A DNA stretch of 64,000 nt, taken from a virus. The notes below the pieces were generated by a model. That model searched no databases, had not been told where the DNA came from, and worked only from the letters and a program-made list of their open reading frames with translations. The DNA is taken from IMG/VR virus record IMGVR_UViG_3300042691_018174; one strand, written 5' to 3'. How positions within the stretch are numbered: position 1 is the stretch's first letter; the number at the start of each line of letters is the position of its first letter. The position numbers and the translations under genes are program-made. Below, piece after piece: positions 9,801 to 19,836 of this stretch.

Positions 9801-10557
9801 TAATTTAGAAATACAAGATTCAGAAATACGTTCTATATCAAATTCAGACATTACTCTAACGCCAAACGGTTCAGGAATGGTAGTAATTGATTCTACAGTT
9901 AGCTTAAAAATTCCTGTAGGAATTTCTAATGATCGTCCACTGACTCCTCAAAGCGGAATGATTAGATTCAATTCTACTTTGAATAGATACGAAGGTTATA
10001 ACGGCACATCTTGGGTATTTTTAGATGGCATCAGTGATTTAGATGGAAACACATATGTAACAGCAGAATTAACCCCGGGAGCTAATGATAACACCATTAG
10101 ATTCTATGCTGATGGTAACTTGGTAGCAAACGTAAATCAAAATGGTTTTACCATTCCTAAAATAAATGTCGACGATATTGTAATTGACAATAATTCTATC
10201 AGCAATACTGCATCTAATACGTTAAGTATACAGACCACTGGAAATGTTACTATTAACAATTTTTCTCTAAGTGGAACCACGATTACAAATACGGTAAATA
10301 ACAGTATAACTTCATTCGTGACCACTGGAACAGGATATTTCAGTGTTCCAGGAACAGGAGCAATGGTAATTCCGTCAGGCGTTAGCATTGATAGACCAGG
10401 AAACGCAGTAGTCGGAATGATGAGATTTGACACGATTAATAATCGATTAGAAGTTTACGATGGACTTAATTGGATTTCAGCAGCAGGATCAGCAGTAGGT
10501 ATTACAAGACCTGAAGCAGAGGATATTGCAGTCGGAATAGCACTTATATTTGGATAA
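6838..10557 (+). CDS. Large fibre/appendage protein with beta-helix and an inserted LamG (concanavalin A-like) domain
   Basis: MAVGRISGPLLKANLLRNGVDLAFETDLLYL; DUF1565-like region; LamG signature DFTIECWIY...WHHVALSR...FNGYIDDLRI; C-terminus GIALIFG. Confidence 0.8.
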   Translation: MAVGRISGPLLKANLLRNGVDLAFETDLLYLDVNNLRIGIKTNNPTHDLHVDGTTRTQILEATTSAVVGQTTISGSTISTTNNQLNLSPAGTAAVVYQKKAVIDSIDLENNSITVNQLNTDLELEANGTGKVKVFSDMLVNGNIHATGDITADGNIVIGDSDTDSINFVADVASNIIPDVTDFYNLGSPSKRWKDLHVDTIRSDTLILIDDLQVDGVSLDTRPGNMLFVGTNGDDTLSGTHQNDPFRTVKHALSQATSGTTVLIYPGVYQEIFPLTVPAGVTLKGVGLRSVKITPTPATLDKDAILLNGETTIEDLTIADFRFNSTNNTGYAFKFASNFTVTARSPYIKNISVITQGSTTTSLDPRGFLSGDAGKGAFLDGSIATAGSKEASCLFHSVTFICPGADAITATNGVRIEWLNSFTYFAEKSLYGYSGSTGFAGQGKTSLRLENLVGTIAAGDILTYYDTDGTTVIATANVDSVAPDGKIFLSGKATGFVTAEERGGKTIIANGDAKLSQSIKKFGSASLSLDGTGDYVTVPSTADFNFGTGDFTIECWIYRSISNVQHNIFDFRTTNTQNAPVVYIQNTNQLTYYVNGSIRITGTTVSTGVWHHVALSRQGTSTKLFFNGAQVGSTWTDTTNYIQSPLTIGSRFDGISGNFNGYIDDLRIIKGVGLYTTTFPAPTTRAFVTPETVLMARFDGADNSTVFEDDVVYTQDIRSNNGATATKISLTDFSDFGVEVRSIASASIYGESGAVGNGEGVVMYLIGHNMAYVGTQYRTDNDNTYVVQANEVITSNNAKIYYSSVDHKGDFRVGDLFYVDQANGTVNFTSATFNLSSTQGITLVDGSNVTFLDGNKIETGNLRLSGNTLESITGDINIDAASSQINMNTNVNISGNLDVTGNVTIGGNIIIGDQNTDSINFVGGITSDLIPNANNTYDIGSDPLRWKDVYAYQLNVGNLTVTNNNITTPVTNGNIEISANGTGFLSIDNLEIQDSEIRSISNSDITLTPNGSGMVVIDSTVSLKIPVGISNDRPLTPQSGMIRFNSTLNRYEGYNGTSWVFLDGISDLDGNTYVTAELTPGANDNTIRFYADGNLVANVNQNGFTIPKINVDDIVIDNNSISNTASNTLSIQTTGNVTINNFSLSGTTITNTVNNSITSFVTTGTGYFSVPGTGAMVIPSGVSIDRPGNAVVGMMRFDTINNRLEVYDGLNWISAAGSAVGITRPEAEDIAVGIALIFG

Positions 10558-10560
10558 AAA

Positions 10561-10890
10561 ATGGCAACATATTTAAGAACAACTGTTAGTACAAATATTG
10601 GAACTTCACCAGTGAACGTAGTAACTGCCGGAGCAAACAGCAGACTAACTGTTATTGGCTGCAACTTAGCTAATAAGGTCGCAGAAAATATTAAAATTGA
10701 TGTATTCGTAATTGCAGCTAATGGTACTTCTGGATATTATATTAAAGGGTTAATTATACCAATGAATGCCAGTATTAAATTAATTACCAACGGGGAAAAA
10801 TTAGTCTTGGCGGAAAATTGTATTTTAAGAATAGTTTCAGACACTGCTAGTAGTGTAGATGCTGTAGTAAGTTACGCTGAAATTATATAA
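10561..10890 (+). CDS. Small beta-rich structural/adaptor protein, paralogue of 2819..3151
   Basis: 109 aa; TVIGCNLAN...IDVFV...GEKLVLAENCILRIVSD. Confidence 0.65.
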   Translation: MATYLRTTVSTNIGTSPVNVVTAGANSRLTVIGCNLANKVAENIKIDVFVIAANGTSGYYIKGLIIPMNASIKLITNGEKLVLAENCILRIVSDTASSVDAVVSYAEII

Positions 10891-10900
10891 GGAAAAATAA

Positions 10901-11254
10901 ATGAGCAATTATGTTTTTGGAAATGATTCTGCAACATTATTAGGTAACGAACCTAGATATTTCTATGCTCTAAGAAGAACTCAAGATGGTGACTTATATG
11001 TTTCAAGAGTTGATCAATTAGACGGTGATACTATAGAAGTAAATAATCCAGGTGATGCAGAAAACAATTACGAAAAATTTACAGTTGGTATTGACTTGCT
11101 TAACGGCATTGCTGCCAATAGAGAAAAAATTTATCCTAATTTAAAATTTGATCAATTTCGTTGGGATGATAAATTTTTGAGTTATTACATTAACTCTGAC
11201 GGAGAACTTGTTGTGAAAATTGGTAAGTCTTATAACTATACCAACAACGTATAA
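10901..11254 (+). CDS. Hypothetical structural/adaptor protein
   Basis: SD AAGGA; FYALRRTQDGDLY...YYINSDGELVVKI resembles the C-terminal domain of 11275..14862. Confidence 0.65.
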   Translation: MSNYVFGNDSATLLGNEPRYFYALRRTQDGDLYVSRVDQLDGDTIEVNNPGDAENNYEKFTVGIDLLNGIAANREKIYPNLKFDQFRWDDKFLSYYINSDGELVVKIGKSYNYTNNV

Positions 11255-11274
11255 GATAGAAAAAGGATATTAAA

Positions 11275-14200
11275 ATGGCCGAGTTTAAAATAGGTAGATT
11301 AAAGTTTGTTTGGAGAGGTGTTTGGACCACTGGGTACGACTATGTTAAAGATGATGTAGTCAGAGTTGGTGGATCGTCTTATGTATGTATTGATGGACAT
11401 ACTTCAGCAGCAGCGTTTGCTACTGATTCAGCAAAATGGGACAAGATGCAGGAAGGTATCTTATTCAAAAGTAGCTGGGCACCGACTACAATTTATGATA
11501 TTAATGACATTGTTGTTTACGGCGGAATTGGTTATATTGTAACTACTGCGCACACTTCAACTTCTACTTTTGATCCTACTAAATTCCAAACTTTAGTTAA
11601 AGGTTTCGATTACAAAACAACTTGGACTGCGGCAGTACTTTATAAATTAAACGATTTAGTTAGATACGGTCCAAACGTCTATCTTTGCACCACTACACAT
11701 ACTAGTACTTCAACATTTGATGATACCAAGTGGAGTTTATTTGTTCCAGGATTAGAATTTGAAGATAGTTGGAGTAATTCTACTGTTTATCAGATTGGTG
11801 ACATTGTAACTTACGGCGGATACTCTTATATTTCTCTACAAAATCACACTGGACAAACACCAAGTACTGCATCTTCATATTGGGAAATTTTAACTACTGG
11901 TTATAAAAATGAGGGAGTATGGTCGGCTGTTTCTGCCTATAGAGTTGGAATGGTCGTACAGTACGGTGGTAACAGCTATGAATGTATTGCAGACAATACT
12001 AATCAAGTTCCCACTAACGCTACGTATTGGAAACTGTTAATACAAGGATTAAATTTCTTAGGTAGCTGGACTTCAGGACAAACTTATAGACCAAATGATG
12101 TTGTTTCTTATGGTAGCAGCACTTACAGAGTTAAAGTAACCCATACTGCTGATAATACTGGTGCTCTAAGACCAGATCTAGACATTGGTGGTGTTAATTA
12201 TGGATTATTAGCTGAAGGTGACAGTAACTATGTTACATTGAATCGCGGTGATATGATTGCACGTGGTGCAAGTGCAAACTATAATATTCCGCTTGGTGCT
12301 GTAGGAAAAGTATTAAGATCTGATGGAACAGATCCTGTTTGGGAATATTTAAATGTAGTAGATAAAGTTTATTATGTAACCCCAGATGGTGTAGACGCCG
12401 CTGGTCGTGGAGATACGCTGGATAGACCTTGGAGAACTATTCGATATGCTTGTCAAAACGTAACAGGCCCAGCAACTATTAATATTAAAACAGGAACTTA
12501 TGAAGAAATATTACCTATCAGTGTACCTGCAAATGTATCTTTGGTTGGCGATGAATTAAGAACTGTTATAGTAACTCCTGCTTCTGGTTATCAAACCAAC
12601 AACATGTTCTATTTAAGAAATGGAACTAACCTTAGAAATATTACCATGACAGGTCTAGTTAATACATTAACTGCACCACTTCCTTCTGGAACTAGAAGAA
12701 CACAAAATTCATTTGTAAGTTTAGACCCAGGAACAGGACCAACAGACAATACAGTTTGGATTACTTCAAAATCTCCATATGTACAGAACTGTTCATCATT
12801 TGGTACTGCTGTGTGCGGTATGAAAGTTGATGGAGATTTACATAACGGCGGTAACAAGTCTATTGTTGCTAACGACTTTACTAACATTATTGACAATGGT
12901 ATTGGTATTTGGCTTAATGGTAAAGGTAAAGCAGAACTAGTTTCTGTGTTTACTTATTACTGTTACATTGGTTATCTATGTACTAACGGTGGAACTATCC
13001 GAGGTGTTAATGGTAACAACTCATACGGTGAGTTTGGAGCAGTATCAGAAGAAGGAGATCCAACTGAGACTCCACAGACTGGTACTGTTAACAATAGAAA
13101 TAATGAAGCAATTGTTGGTGCAGTATTAGCAGGCGGTAGCGAAATTATAATTTTAGAAATTAAAAATGGCGGTGAATCATATACTAGTGCATCAGTTATA
13201 GTGTCTGGAAATGGTGCAGGAGCCAACGTTACTCCTGTATTTGCAGACGATGCTATTTCTAGAGTAGATGTAGGCTTGTCAGGTGCTAATCATAAATTTG
13301 CATTAAACAACGCACAAACTGGAACTACTACCACAATAACGTTAGGGGTAACAGACGTAACACCAACAAATGCTTATAACGGAATGAGAATAACAATTGT
13401 TGATGGTACTGGTGCAGGACAAACTGGCGTAATCACTGCATATAACGGCGGAACAAAATTAGCAACTGTTGTTAAAGAAGATGGGTCACCAGGATGGGAT
13501 CATTTAATAGTTGGAACTCCGATAGTTTCCGTATTAGATGAAACTTCTAGATATAGAATTGAACCACGTGTTACACTAGTAGGTGGTGCAGCTCCTACTA
13601 CACCTGCAAAATTACGAGCAGTTGTTGAAGCAGGCGAAGTAATTGCTATCCATATATTAGATGGCGGTGCAGGCTATAATACTTCAAATTTACCAGCAGT
13701 AGTAATTACTGATCCAAATGCTACAATTTTAGCAACAGCTACGCTATTAGTTAAAGATGGTGCTATCGCTAAATTTAACTATGTTAACAGAGGTATTTCT
13801 TATACAACAGCCACTGCTACTATAACTGGTAATGGTTTTGCGGATATTCAACAAACTGGTGGATATTTATTTGTGGACGGATTATCACAAATACCTAGAG
13901 GCGGTAGCAATATTATTCTAACTGGGCAAGCGACAACTTATAGAGTTGTTGCTATAACAGACGTCGCAGGAACCTCTCCAAATATTAGCGGAAGAATTAG
14001 AATTAGTCCTTATATTTCTACAGCACCAGCACATGGGTCAACTGTTACTATAACTGAAAAATATTCTAATGTTAGACTTACTGGACATGATTTCTTAAAC
14101 ATTGGTACTGGCGGGGTTTCTACAACAAACTATCCAAATTTACCAACACAGAATCCAGATCAAGCAGACGAAGTTATTGAATATAACGGCGGTCGTGTGT

Positions 14201-14862
14201 TCTATACCAGTACTGACCAAGATGGTAACTTTAGAGTTGGTGAATTATTTAGAGTCGAACAGGCCACTGGTATTGCCACATTGAATGCTGATGCGTTTAA
14301 TTTGAGCGGTTTGAATGAATTACAATTAGGGTCTGTAGCATTAGGTGGAACAGGCGTAAGCATTAGAGAATTCAGTGCTGATCCATTATTAACTGCTAAC
14401 AGTGACGCTATTGTGCCAACGCAAAAAGCAATTAAAACTTTCGTAGAAAATATTATTGGTGCTGGCGGTTCTAATATTAGTGCAACAAGTTTAACATTAG
14501 GCGGTATGGTAATATCAAATAATACTATACAGTCCTCAGGTGATAATGACTTAGTATTAGATACTACTGGGTCAGGTAAGGTTGTGGTATTCAATAAAAT
14601 ACCCACCACATCAGTAGCACCAACATTAGGAACACATTTAACAAATAAAACCTATACTGATTATACATATGCTCCAACTGTTCAAGGTGTATCTTTAGAT
14701 ATTAGTACTGGAAGAATTTCTTATGTAGAGGAACACGGAGACAGTGTTAATACTATAGGCCAGGATTCAAATTCTAAAAATTATAGATATGAAACATTTA
14801 TTGGACAATTGAGATCCAACATGTCAATTGACAACAACGGACATTTGATAATTACATTATAA
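11275..14862 (+). CDS. Fibre protein with tandem carbohydrate-binding-like (CBM5/12-type) repeats and a beta-helix
   Basis: About six W..(Y)..GD.V.YGG..Y.C...H repeats; YYVTPDG...PWRTIRYAC...TGTYEEILPISVP (DUF1565-like); STDQDGNFRVGELF. Confidence 0.75.
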   Translation: MAEFKIGRLKFVWRGVWTTGYDYVKDDVVRVGGSSYVCIDGHTSAAAFATDSAKWDKMQEGILFKSSWAPTTIYDINDIVVYGGIGYIVTTAHTSTSTFDPTKFQTLVKGFDYKTTWTAAVLYKLNDLVRYGPNVYLCTTTHTSTSTFDDTKWSLFVPGLEFEDSWSNSTVYQIGDIVTYGGYSYISLQNHTGQTPSTASSYWEILTTGYKNEGVWSAVSAYRVGMVVQYGGNSYECIADNTNQVPTNATYWKLLIQGLNFLGSWTSGQTYRPNDVVSYGSSTYRVKVTHTADNTGALRPDLDIGGVNYGLLAEGDSNYVTLNRGDMIARGASANYNIPLGAVGKVLRSDGTDPVWEYLNVVDKVYYVTPDGVDAAGRGDTLDRPWRTIRYACQNVTGPATINIKTGTYEEILPISVPANVSLVGDELRTVIVTPASGYQTNNMFYLRNGTNLRNITMTGLVNTLTAPLPSGTRRTQNSFVSLDPGTGPTDNTVWITSKSPYVQNCSSFGTAVCGMKVDGDLHNGGNKSIVANDFTNIIDNGIGIWLNGKGKAELVSVFTYYCYIGYLCTNGGTIRGVNGNNSYGEFGAVSEEGDPTETPQTGTVNNRNNEAIVGAVLAGGSEIIILEIKNGGESYTSASVIVSGNGAGANVTPVFADDAISRVDVGLSGANHKFALNNAQTGTTTTITLGVTDVTPTNAYNGMRITIVDGTGAGQTGVITAYNGGTKLATVVKEDGSPGWDHLIVGTPIVSVLDETSRYRIEPRVTLVGGAAPTTPAKLRAVVEAGEVIAIHILDGGAGYNTSNLPAVVITDPNATILATATLLVKDGAIAKFNYVNRGISYTTATATITGNGFADIQQTGGYLFVDGLSQIPRGGSNIILTGQATTYRVVAITDVAGTSPNISGRIRISPYISTAPAHGSTVTITEKYSNVRLTGHDFLNIGTGGVSTTNYPNLPTQNPDQADEVIEYNGGRVFYTSTDQDGNFRVGELFRVEQATGIATLNADAFNLSGLNELQLGSVALGGTGVSIREFSADPLLTANSDAIVPTQKAIKTFVENIIGAGGSNISATSLTLGGMVISNNTIQSSGDNDLVLDTTGSGKVVVFNKIPTTSVAPTLGTHLTNKTYTDYTYAPTVQGVSLDISTGRISYVEEHGDSVNTIGQDSNSKNYRYETFIGQLRSNMSIDNNGHLIITL

Positions 14863-14877
14863 AAATAAGGAACAAAG

Positions 14878-16983
14878 ATGACAATTACTGCATTAGGATC
14901 AACAAGATTCGTCAAAAAAGGAGTCTATAGTGGGACTGCTGAATATCAAAAAGACGATGTTGTACTTTATAACGGTGCGTGGTACCTATGTACAGCTAAC
15001 GCGGTAGCAGGAACGCTACCAACTAACACTAGTTTTTTCACTGTTTGGCAAAATCTTTGGAATTGGAAAGGTCAGCATAATAATACATCTACTGTGTACG
15101 CAGTCGGAGACGTAGTTTATTATTTGGCAGATTATACTACCGGCTCTACCAATGCAGGTACTTTTACTAGAAAAGCTAGAAACGTTTATAGATGTATCCA
15201 AGCACATACTAGTGATGGCACCAATACATTCAAACCAATCAACACCACATATTGGCAACCTATCAGCTTAGCCAACTACAATGATGGATCAGTTAACGTT
15301 TCCACAGCAACAATCACTGAGAAATGGGGTGTAATTGGTAACAGTCCAGATAAATTATCAAAGTTTCCTAACGAAGGAAGAGTCGGCGAAACTGTGGATT
15401 GCTTATTATTGGGAACTAATAAGAATCAAGCATTTACGTATGATTGGTCTTGTTTTATTACAGAATCTGGACAAATACGTGTTTGGGGTCGAGGCAGTAA
15501 CAGTTGTACATTTATTAATACTGGTAACGGAACATCTGTTGGACCAGCAACAGCCGTGCCAAGTTTTTTCTTCCATGACTTTTTTAGATCAACATCAAAT
15601 GGCGGGGCAGGTGTTCATTCTACTCCTGACGGCAAACATCCAAGATGCATACAACTTGAAACTGGTTATGATTGGTGGGTAGCACTATTTAATAATGGTG
15701 AAGTGTACACTGGTGGTTATGGTGGTAATGGAGAAATGGGCAACAGAGCAACCACTAATAGATGGATCGCTAGAGTAGGCGGAACCTACACTGAAGTTGC
15801 CGTGGCCACAAACAGCACCACACATCTTTTTAGAGATGTTAGGATATCAATGATCGCTGCTTCAGGTGGTGAAAGAGCGGCATCGTCACATCACGTATTA
15901 GCGTTAGATGAAGATGGCCAAGTATGGAGTTGGGGCTATAATGCCTACGGACAGTTGGGGGATAACAGTGTTACTTCTAGAAGTATTCCAACGTTGATAC
16001 CCAAAGCACAGTTTGGTTTGACTTCCGTACAAAAAGTTGTTGCTATTTGGGCAGGTGGAGGAGAATACGGATATAGTTTTGCACTAACTGATCAGAATAA
16101 ATTATTTGCCTGGGGTTATAATAACTACGGACACTTAGGTTTAGGAGTTACCAGTACTAACGTGCGTGTTCCTACAGAAGTAACAACACAAACATGGACC
16201 ACTGCGGCAGCAGGAACTATTAAAAAGTTAGTTACAGCAGACAGCAATACTACACAATATTCTACTACAGCAATTTTGACCAGTAAAGGGGCAATTTATT
16301 GTGCAGGATATAATGGATCAGGTCACATGATGAAAGGTGATACTGCGCAAGCTAACTCTTTCTTAGTATGTACTTCAGGACCAGGAGCAACAAATACTGC
16401 TAAAGATGTTTTCTTAACTAATGGAAACGCAGCCAGTATGTTTGTTATAGATAATACAAATAGATTATTTGCTGCAGGTGCTAATAATGGCGGACAATTG
16501 GGAATTGCAGGCACCAATGCAAATTACACTGCTTCTCAATCGTGTCAAAAATCAGTAAATGGTGTAATGAGCAATATGACCAATGTTAAAACTCTTACTG
16601 CATTAGGCGGCGGCAATGGAACAAACACATCAGTAATTGTTACCACTAATGATGGGTGGTCTTATGGCGCAGGCTATAACGGATACGGCCAATTAAGCAT
16701 GGGTTGGCAAGCAGCATATCATTATACTACTACAGATACTGCTAAAGAAAACACAGGACAACGTGGATTTAATATGGTAAAAATGCCTTCGGCATTAGCA
16801 GGCAAGGTTGCTGAAGTTTGGTTTACTGGATATACTGACGGCACTGCTACTAACTATGGAACCCCAATTTGGGTGAGTACTACAGGCATGCCGTATCAAG
16901 CAGGGTATAATGCAGGTTGGAGCATTTCAGGGCACAACAACAGTGCCCATAGAAATATCATGACCCCGATATCATTATCTTAA
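14878..16983 (+). CDS. RCC1/BLIP-II-like beta-propeller receptor-binding protein with N-terminal CBM-like repeats (paralogue 1)
   Basis: HVLALDEDGQVWSWGYNAYGQLG, FAWGYNNYGHLG and GYNGYGQLS RCC1 repeats. Confidence 0.8.
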   Translation: MTITALGSTRFVKKGVYSGTAEYQKDDVVLYNGAWYLCTANAVAGTLPTNTSFFTVWQNLWNWKGQHNNTSTVYAVGDVVYYLADYTTGSTNAGTFTRKARNVYRCIQAHTSDGTNTFKPINTTYWQPISLANYNDGSVNVSTATITEKWGVIGNSPDKLSKFPNEGRVGETVDCLLLGTNKNQAFTYDWSCFITESGQIRVWGRGSNSCTFINTGNGTSVGPATAVPSFFFHDFFRSTSNGGAGVHSTPDGKHPRCIQLETGYDWWVALFNNGEVYTGGYGGNGEMGNRATTNRWIARVGGTYTEVAVATNSTTHLFRDVRISMIAASGGERAASSHHVLALDEDGQVWSWGYNAYGQLGDNSVTSRSIPTLIPKAQFGLTSVQKVVAIWAGGGEYGYSFALTDQNKLFAWGYNNYGHLGLGVTSTNVRVPTEVTTQTWTTAAAGTIKKLVTADSNTTQYSTTAILTSKGAIYCAGYNGSGHMMKGDTAQANSFLVCTSGPGATNTAKDVFLTNGNAASMFVIDNTNRLFAAGANNGGQLGIAGTNANYTASQSCQKSVNGVMSNMTNVKTLTALGGGNGTNTSVIVTTNDGWSYGAGYNGYGQLSMGWQAAYHYTTTDTAKENTGQRGFNMVKMPSALAGKVAEVWFTGYTDGTATNYGTPIWVSTTGMPYQAGYNAGWSISGHNNSAHRNIMTPISLS

Positions 16984-16995
16984 AAGGATTAAAAA

Positions 16996-19383
16996 ATGGC
17001 AATTTTAGATTTAGGTAAAATTAAATTATATTGGAAAGGTGCTTGGACTACTGGCACTAATTATGAGCAAGATGATATAGTTTATCACAATGGCAACGTC
17101 TACATTTGTAGTCAAACTCATACAGCATCTACTAACGGAGAAGGTCTTAATAGATTAGCTCCAGGAGAAAAACTTAGGACTTCTGCATATGGTGCGCAGT
17201 ATGATGCTGAAAAAGAATCAGTAGTTTATTTTGTTACTAAACAAACGGGAAAATTTTATTTGAATGGTAGATTAACACCAAACATAAGATTAGATAAAGC
17301 CCAACGTTATAGATTTTATGTATACGACACTTCTATGTCAGGTGTTAATTTTAGATTTTCTACTTCTTTAGACGGAACCACATATTCAACTGGAGTAGTT
17401 ACTGAAGGAACCCCGGGGCTTCCAGGAGCGTATGTTGAAATAACAGTTCCTTTAGATGCACCTGCTTTACTGTATTATAAACAAGATGGCACATCAGGAG
17501 TAGCAAATTCAGCTACAGTCACAGTTAACAATATTTGGCAAGGTTTTGATTATTGGGAAAAAGTTACACAAGGCATGAAATGGGCCGGAATTTGGTCCAA
17601 TGCTACTCAGTACTATAGAAACGATATTGTTTCGTGGGACGGTAGTTTATATTATGCAATGGCAGACAATCAAAATGAAATACCAAATATTATACAAGCT
17701 AGTAGAAGTGCTTTTACTGATTGGACCGGTAAACAGACTGACTTAAGAAACAACTTTGTGTGGTTTCCACTGTCAACTACTTCCAGAGCAAGAAGAAAAG
17801 ATTTAGCAATGTGGCTACCAAATCAAGGTCCCATTAATTGGCCATATCTTCATAATGATGACAACAATTCTGCGGCATATCGAAAATCTTATTACATATC
17901 TAATGCAGGTAGAGTTTATGCCACTGGAGGTGGTACATCAGAAAACAGGGGACAAGTCAATACTGGTACTGGTACAACATACATGACAGAATTAGTTTTT
18001 AAATGGTATGATTGGCACAGATCTAGAGATTCTGTCAATGCAGACGGATTTAAATTGCCAAGATTTGAAGAAGGTCAAGACATTGCTGATGGACACGGGA
18101 AATTATACAATAGATCCGGTCTGCCGCCAAAATGTATCCAAATAGAAAGTAACTATGATGCTACATATTTCTTGTTCGATAACGGAGAACTATGGCAGAT
18201 AGGTTATAATGGTCATGGTCAAGCTGGATATGGAAGAACTGGAAATAATAGTAGACCAGTAAGAGTACAAAATCTACATGACAGAAAAATAATTAAAGTA
18301 TCAATTAGTAAGGGCTTCGAAACATCTGCTCATCATGCCATAGCATTAGATGATGAAGGAGCAGTTTGGGTTTGGGGATACAATGGTTACGGTCAGTGCG
18401 GTAATGGTACTACAGAAAATGTCTACTCTCCAAGACAGCTTCCTCAAGAATACTTTGGAAATGAAAAAATAATAGATATTTTGGCCACCGGTCAAGAATA
18501 TGGTTCATGTTATGTTAGAACTGAAAGTAATTTCTTTTATTCATGGGGATATAATGGTGTAGGACAATTAGCTGTAGGCGATACTACTAATAGATATACA
18601 CCTGTAAAAATAACTTCTTTCAACCCGACCGCTAACGGAGGGGTACTAAAATTCTCTATGAGCGGTACTTCTAGTGGATCATTCCATATTTTAGATGGCA
18701 ATGGTTATATGTGGCATGCAGGATATAATGGATACGGCACAGCATTGAACGCCACTACCACAAATAATACTACCTTGGTAAGAAGTACTCTAGCACCAAC
18801 AGCAGGCGCAACAGTTAATTTTTGGGCAGCATGTCCAGGAGGCTATCATAATGTGTTTTTGAGAACTTCAAATGGTAATACTTATTTTGTTGGTTATAAT
18901 GCAACTAATCATAACGGTTTAGGGAATACCACTAGCCCAATTTCCAGTCCTACTCAAGTGCCATTGGTATTCTTCCCTAAAACAATCGCGTCGAGAGCCA
19001 CATACACCAACAACATTAGGACAACGATTTTAACTGATAAAGGTGAAGTTTGGTATGCAGGCTATGATAACTATAATACTAATGGAAATGAATATTATGC
19101 TGGGGCCACATCAACTATTGAAAACGGCGTCAACAGTTATGTTGTTAGGATGGCGATTCCCTCGTCTGCTAAAATTATCGATATGTACAGTCTGGTCTGT
19201 GACGAAACTACGAACTACGCCAACGGTGTAAACTTTTTCATCACTGACAATGGACAGTATTTTGGTAACGGCTTCGCAGGAAGAGCAAGCCAAGGCAACA
19301 ATTATCTTTTAGGTGGTCAAGCGGCTAGTTTCAATGCCTGGATTAGGTATCCTACTAATATATCCAGCGGTTGGGCTTGCTAA
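16996..19383 (+). CDS. RCC1-like beta-propeller receptor-binding protein (paralogue 2)
   Basis: MAILDLGKIKLYWKGAW; HAIALDDEGAVWVWGYNGYGQCG, WGYNGVGQLA. Confidence 0.8.
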   Translation: MAILDLGKIKLYWKGAWTTGTNYEQDDIVYHNGNVYICSQTHTASTNGEGLNRLAPGEKLRTSAYGAQYDAEKESVVYFVTKQTGKFYLNGRLTPNIRLDKAQRYRFYVYDTSMSGVNFRFSTSLDGTTYSTGVVTEGTPGLPGAYVEITVPLDAPALLYYKQDGTSGVANSATVTVNNIWQGFDYWEKVTQGMKWAGIWSNATQYYRNDIVSWDGSLYYAMADNQNEIPNIIQASRSAFTDWTGKQTDLRNNFVWFPLSTTSRARRKDLAMWLPNQGPINWPYLHNDDNNSAAYRKSYYISNAGRVYATGGGTSENRGQVNTGTGTTYMTELVFKWYDWHRSRDSVNADGFKLPRFEEGQDIADGHGKLYNRSGLPPKCIQIESNYDATYFLFDNGELWQIGYNGHGQAGYGRTGNNSRPVRVQNLHDRKIIKVSISKGFETSAHHAIALDDEGAVWVWGYNGYGQCGNGTTENVYSPRQLPQEYFGNEKIIDILATGQEYGSCYVRTESNFFYSWGYNGVGQLAVGDTTNRYTPVKITSFNPTANGGVLKFSMSGTSSGSFHILDGNGYMWHAGYNGYGTALNATTTNNTTLVRSTLAPTAGATVNFWAACPGGYHNVFLRTSNGNTYFVGYNATNHNGLGNTTSPISSPTQVPLVFFPKTIASRATYTNNIRTTILTDKGEVWYAGYDNYNTNGNEYYAGATSTIENGVNSYVVRMAIPSSAKIIDMYSLVCDETTNYANGVNFFITDNGQYFGNGFAGRASQGNNYLLGGQAASFNAWIRYPTNISSGWAC

Positions 19384-19406
19384 TTTATATAACAGGAGTT
19401 TAAAAA

Positions 19407-19826
19407 ATGACTATGAAAATTTGCAGTTTTAAAGATATTCCAGGAGTGCAAGCTCCAGAATTTACAAAAGAATCCCCAGAGAACGTTACACAACTGGGCA
19501 CAATTAATGGTAAGTTTTACTTTTCTTATGATGACGCCAACGCATCTGTACAAGCGCCAGATGCAGCATCAGAACTTAAAGTATATGATTTTACTGATGA
19601 TGAAGACGTTGCAGAAATTAAAGCATCACTGAATGGTATGTTTTATGTAACAGTAAAAATAGAAGAAATGGAAAGAGCATTTTTTGCCAAGCACAGTCAG
19701 TTCAGCGTGTTAAAAGGAATTAAAGATTCTGATAGCGCAGTACTAGCGGCAATTGATGCACATGAAGATGAAAGAGATAGTTTCCTTCAATCATTGGGAT
19801 TTCCAGGCACAAGCATTTTAAATTAA
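19407..19826 (+). CDS. Acidic hypothetical protein, possibly a fibre chaperone/accessory protein
   Basis: 139 aa, SD AGGAG, lies between two RCC1 paralogues. Confidence 0.6.
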   Translation: MTMKICSFKDIPGVQAPEFTKESPENVTQLGTINGKFYFSYDDANASVQAPDAASELKVYDFTDDEDVAEIKASLNGMFYVTVKIEEMERAFFAKHSQFSVLKGIKDSDSAVLAAIDAHEDERDSFLQSLGFPGTSILN

Positions 19827-19836
19827 GGATAAAATA

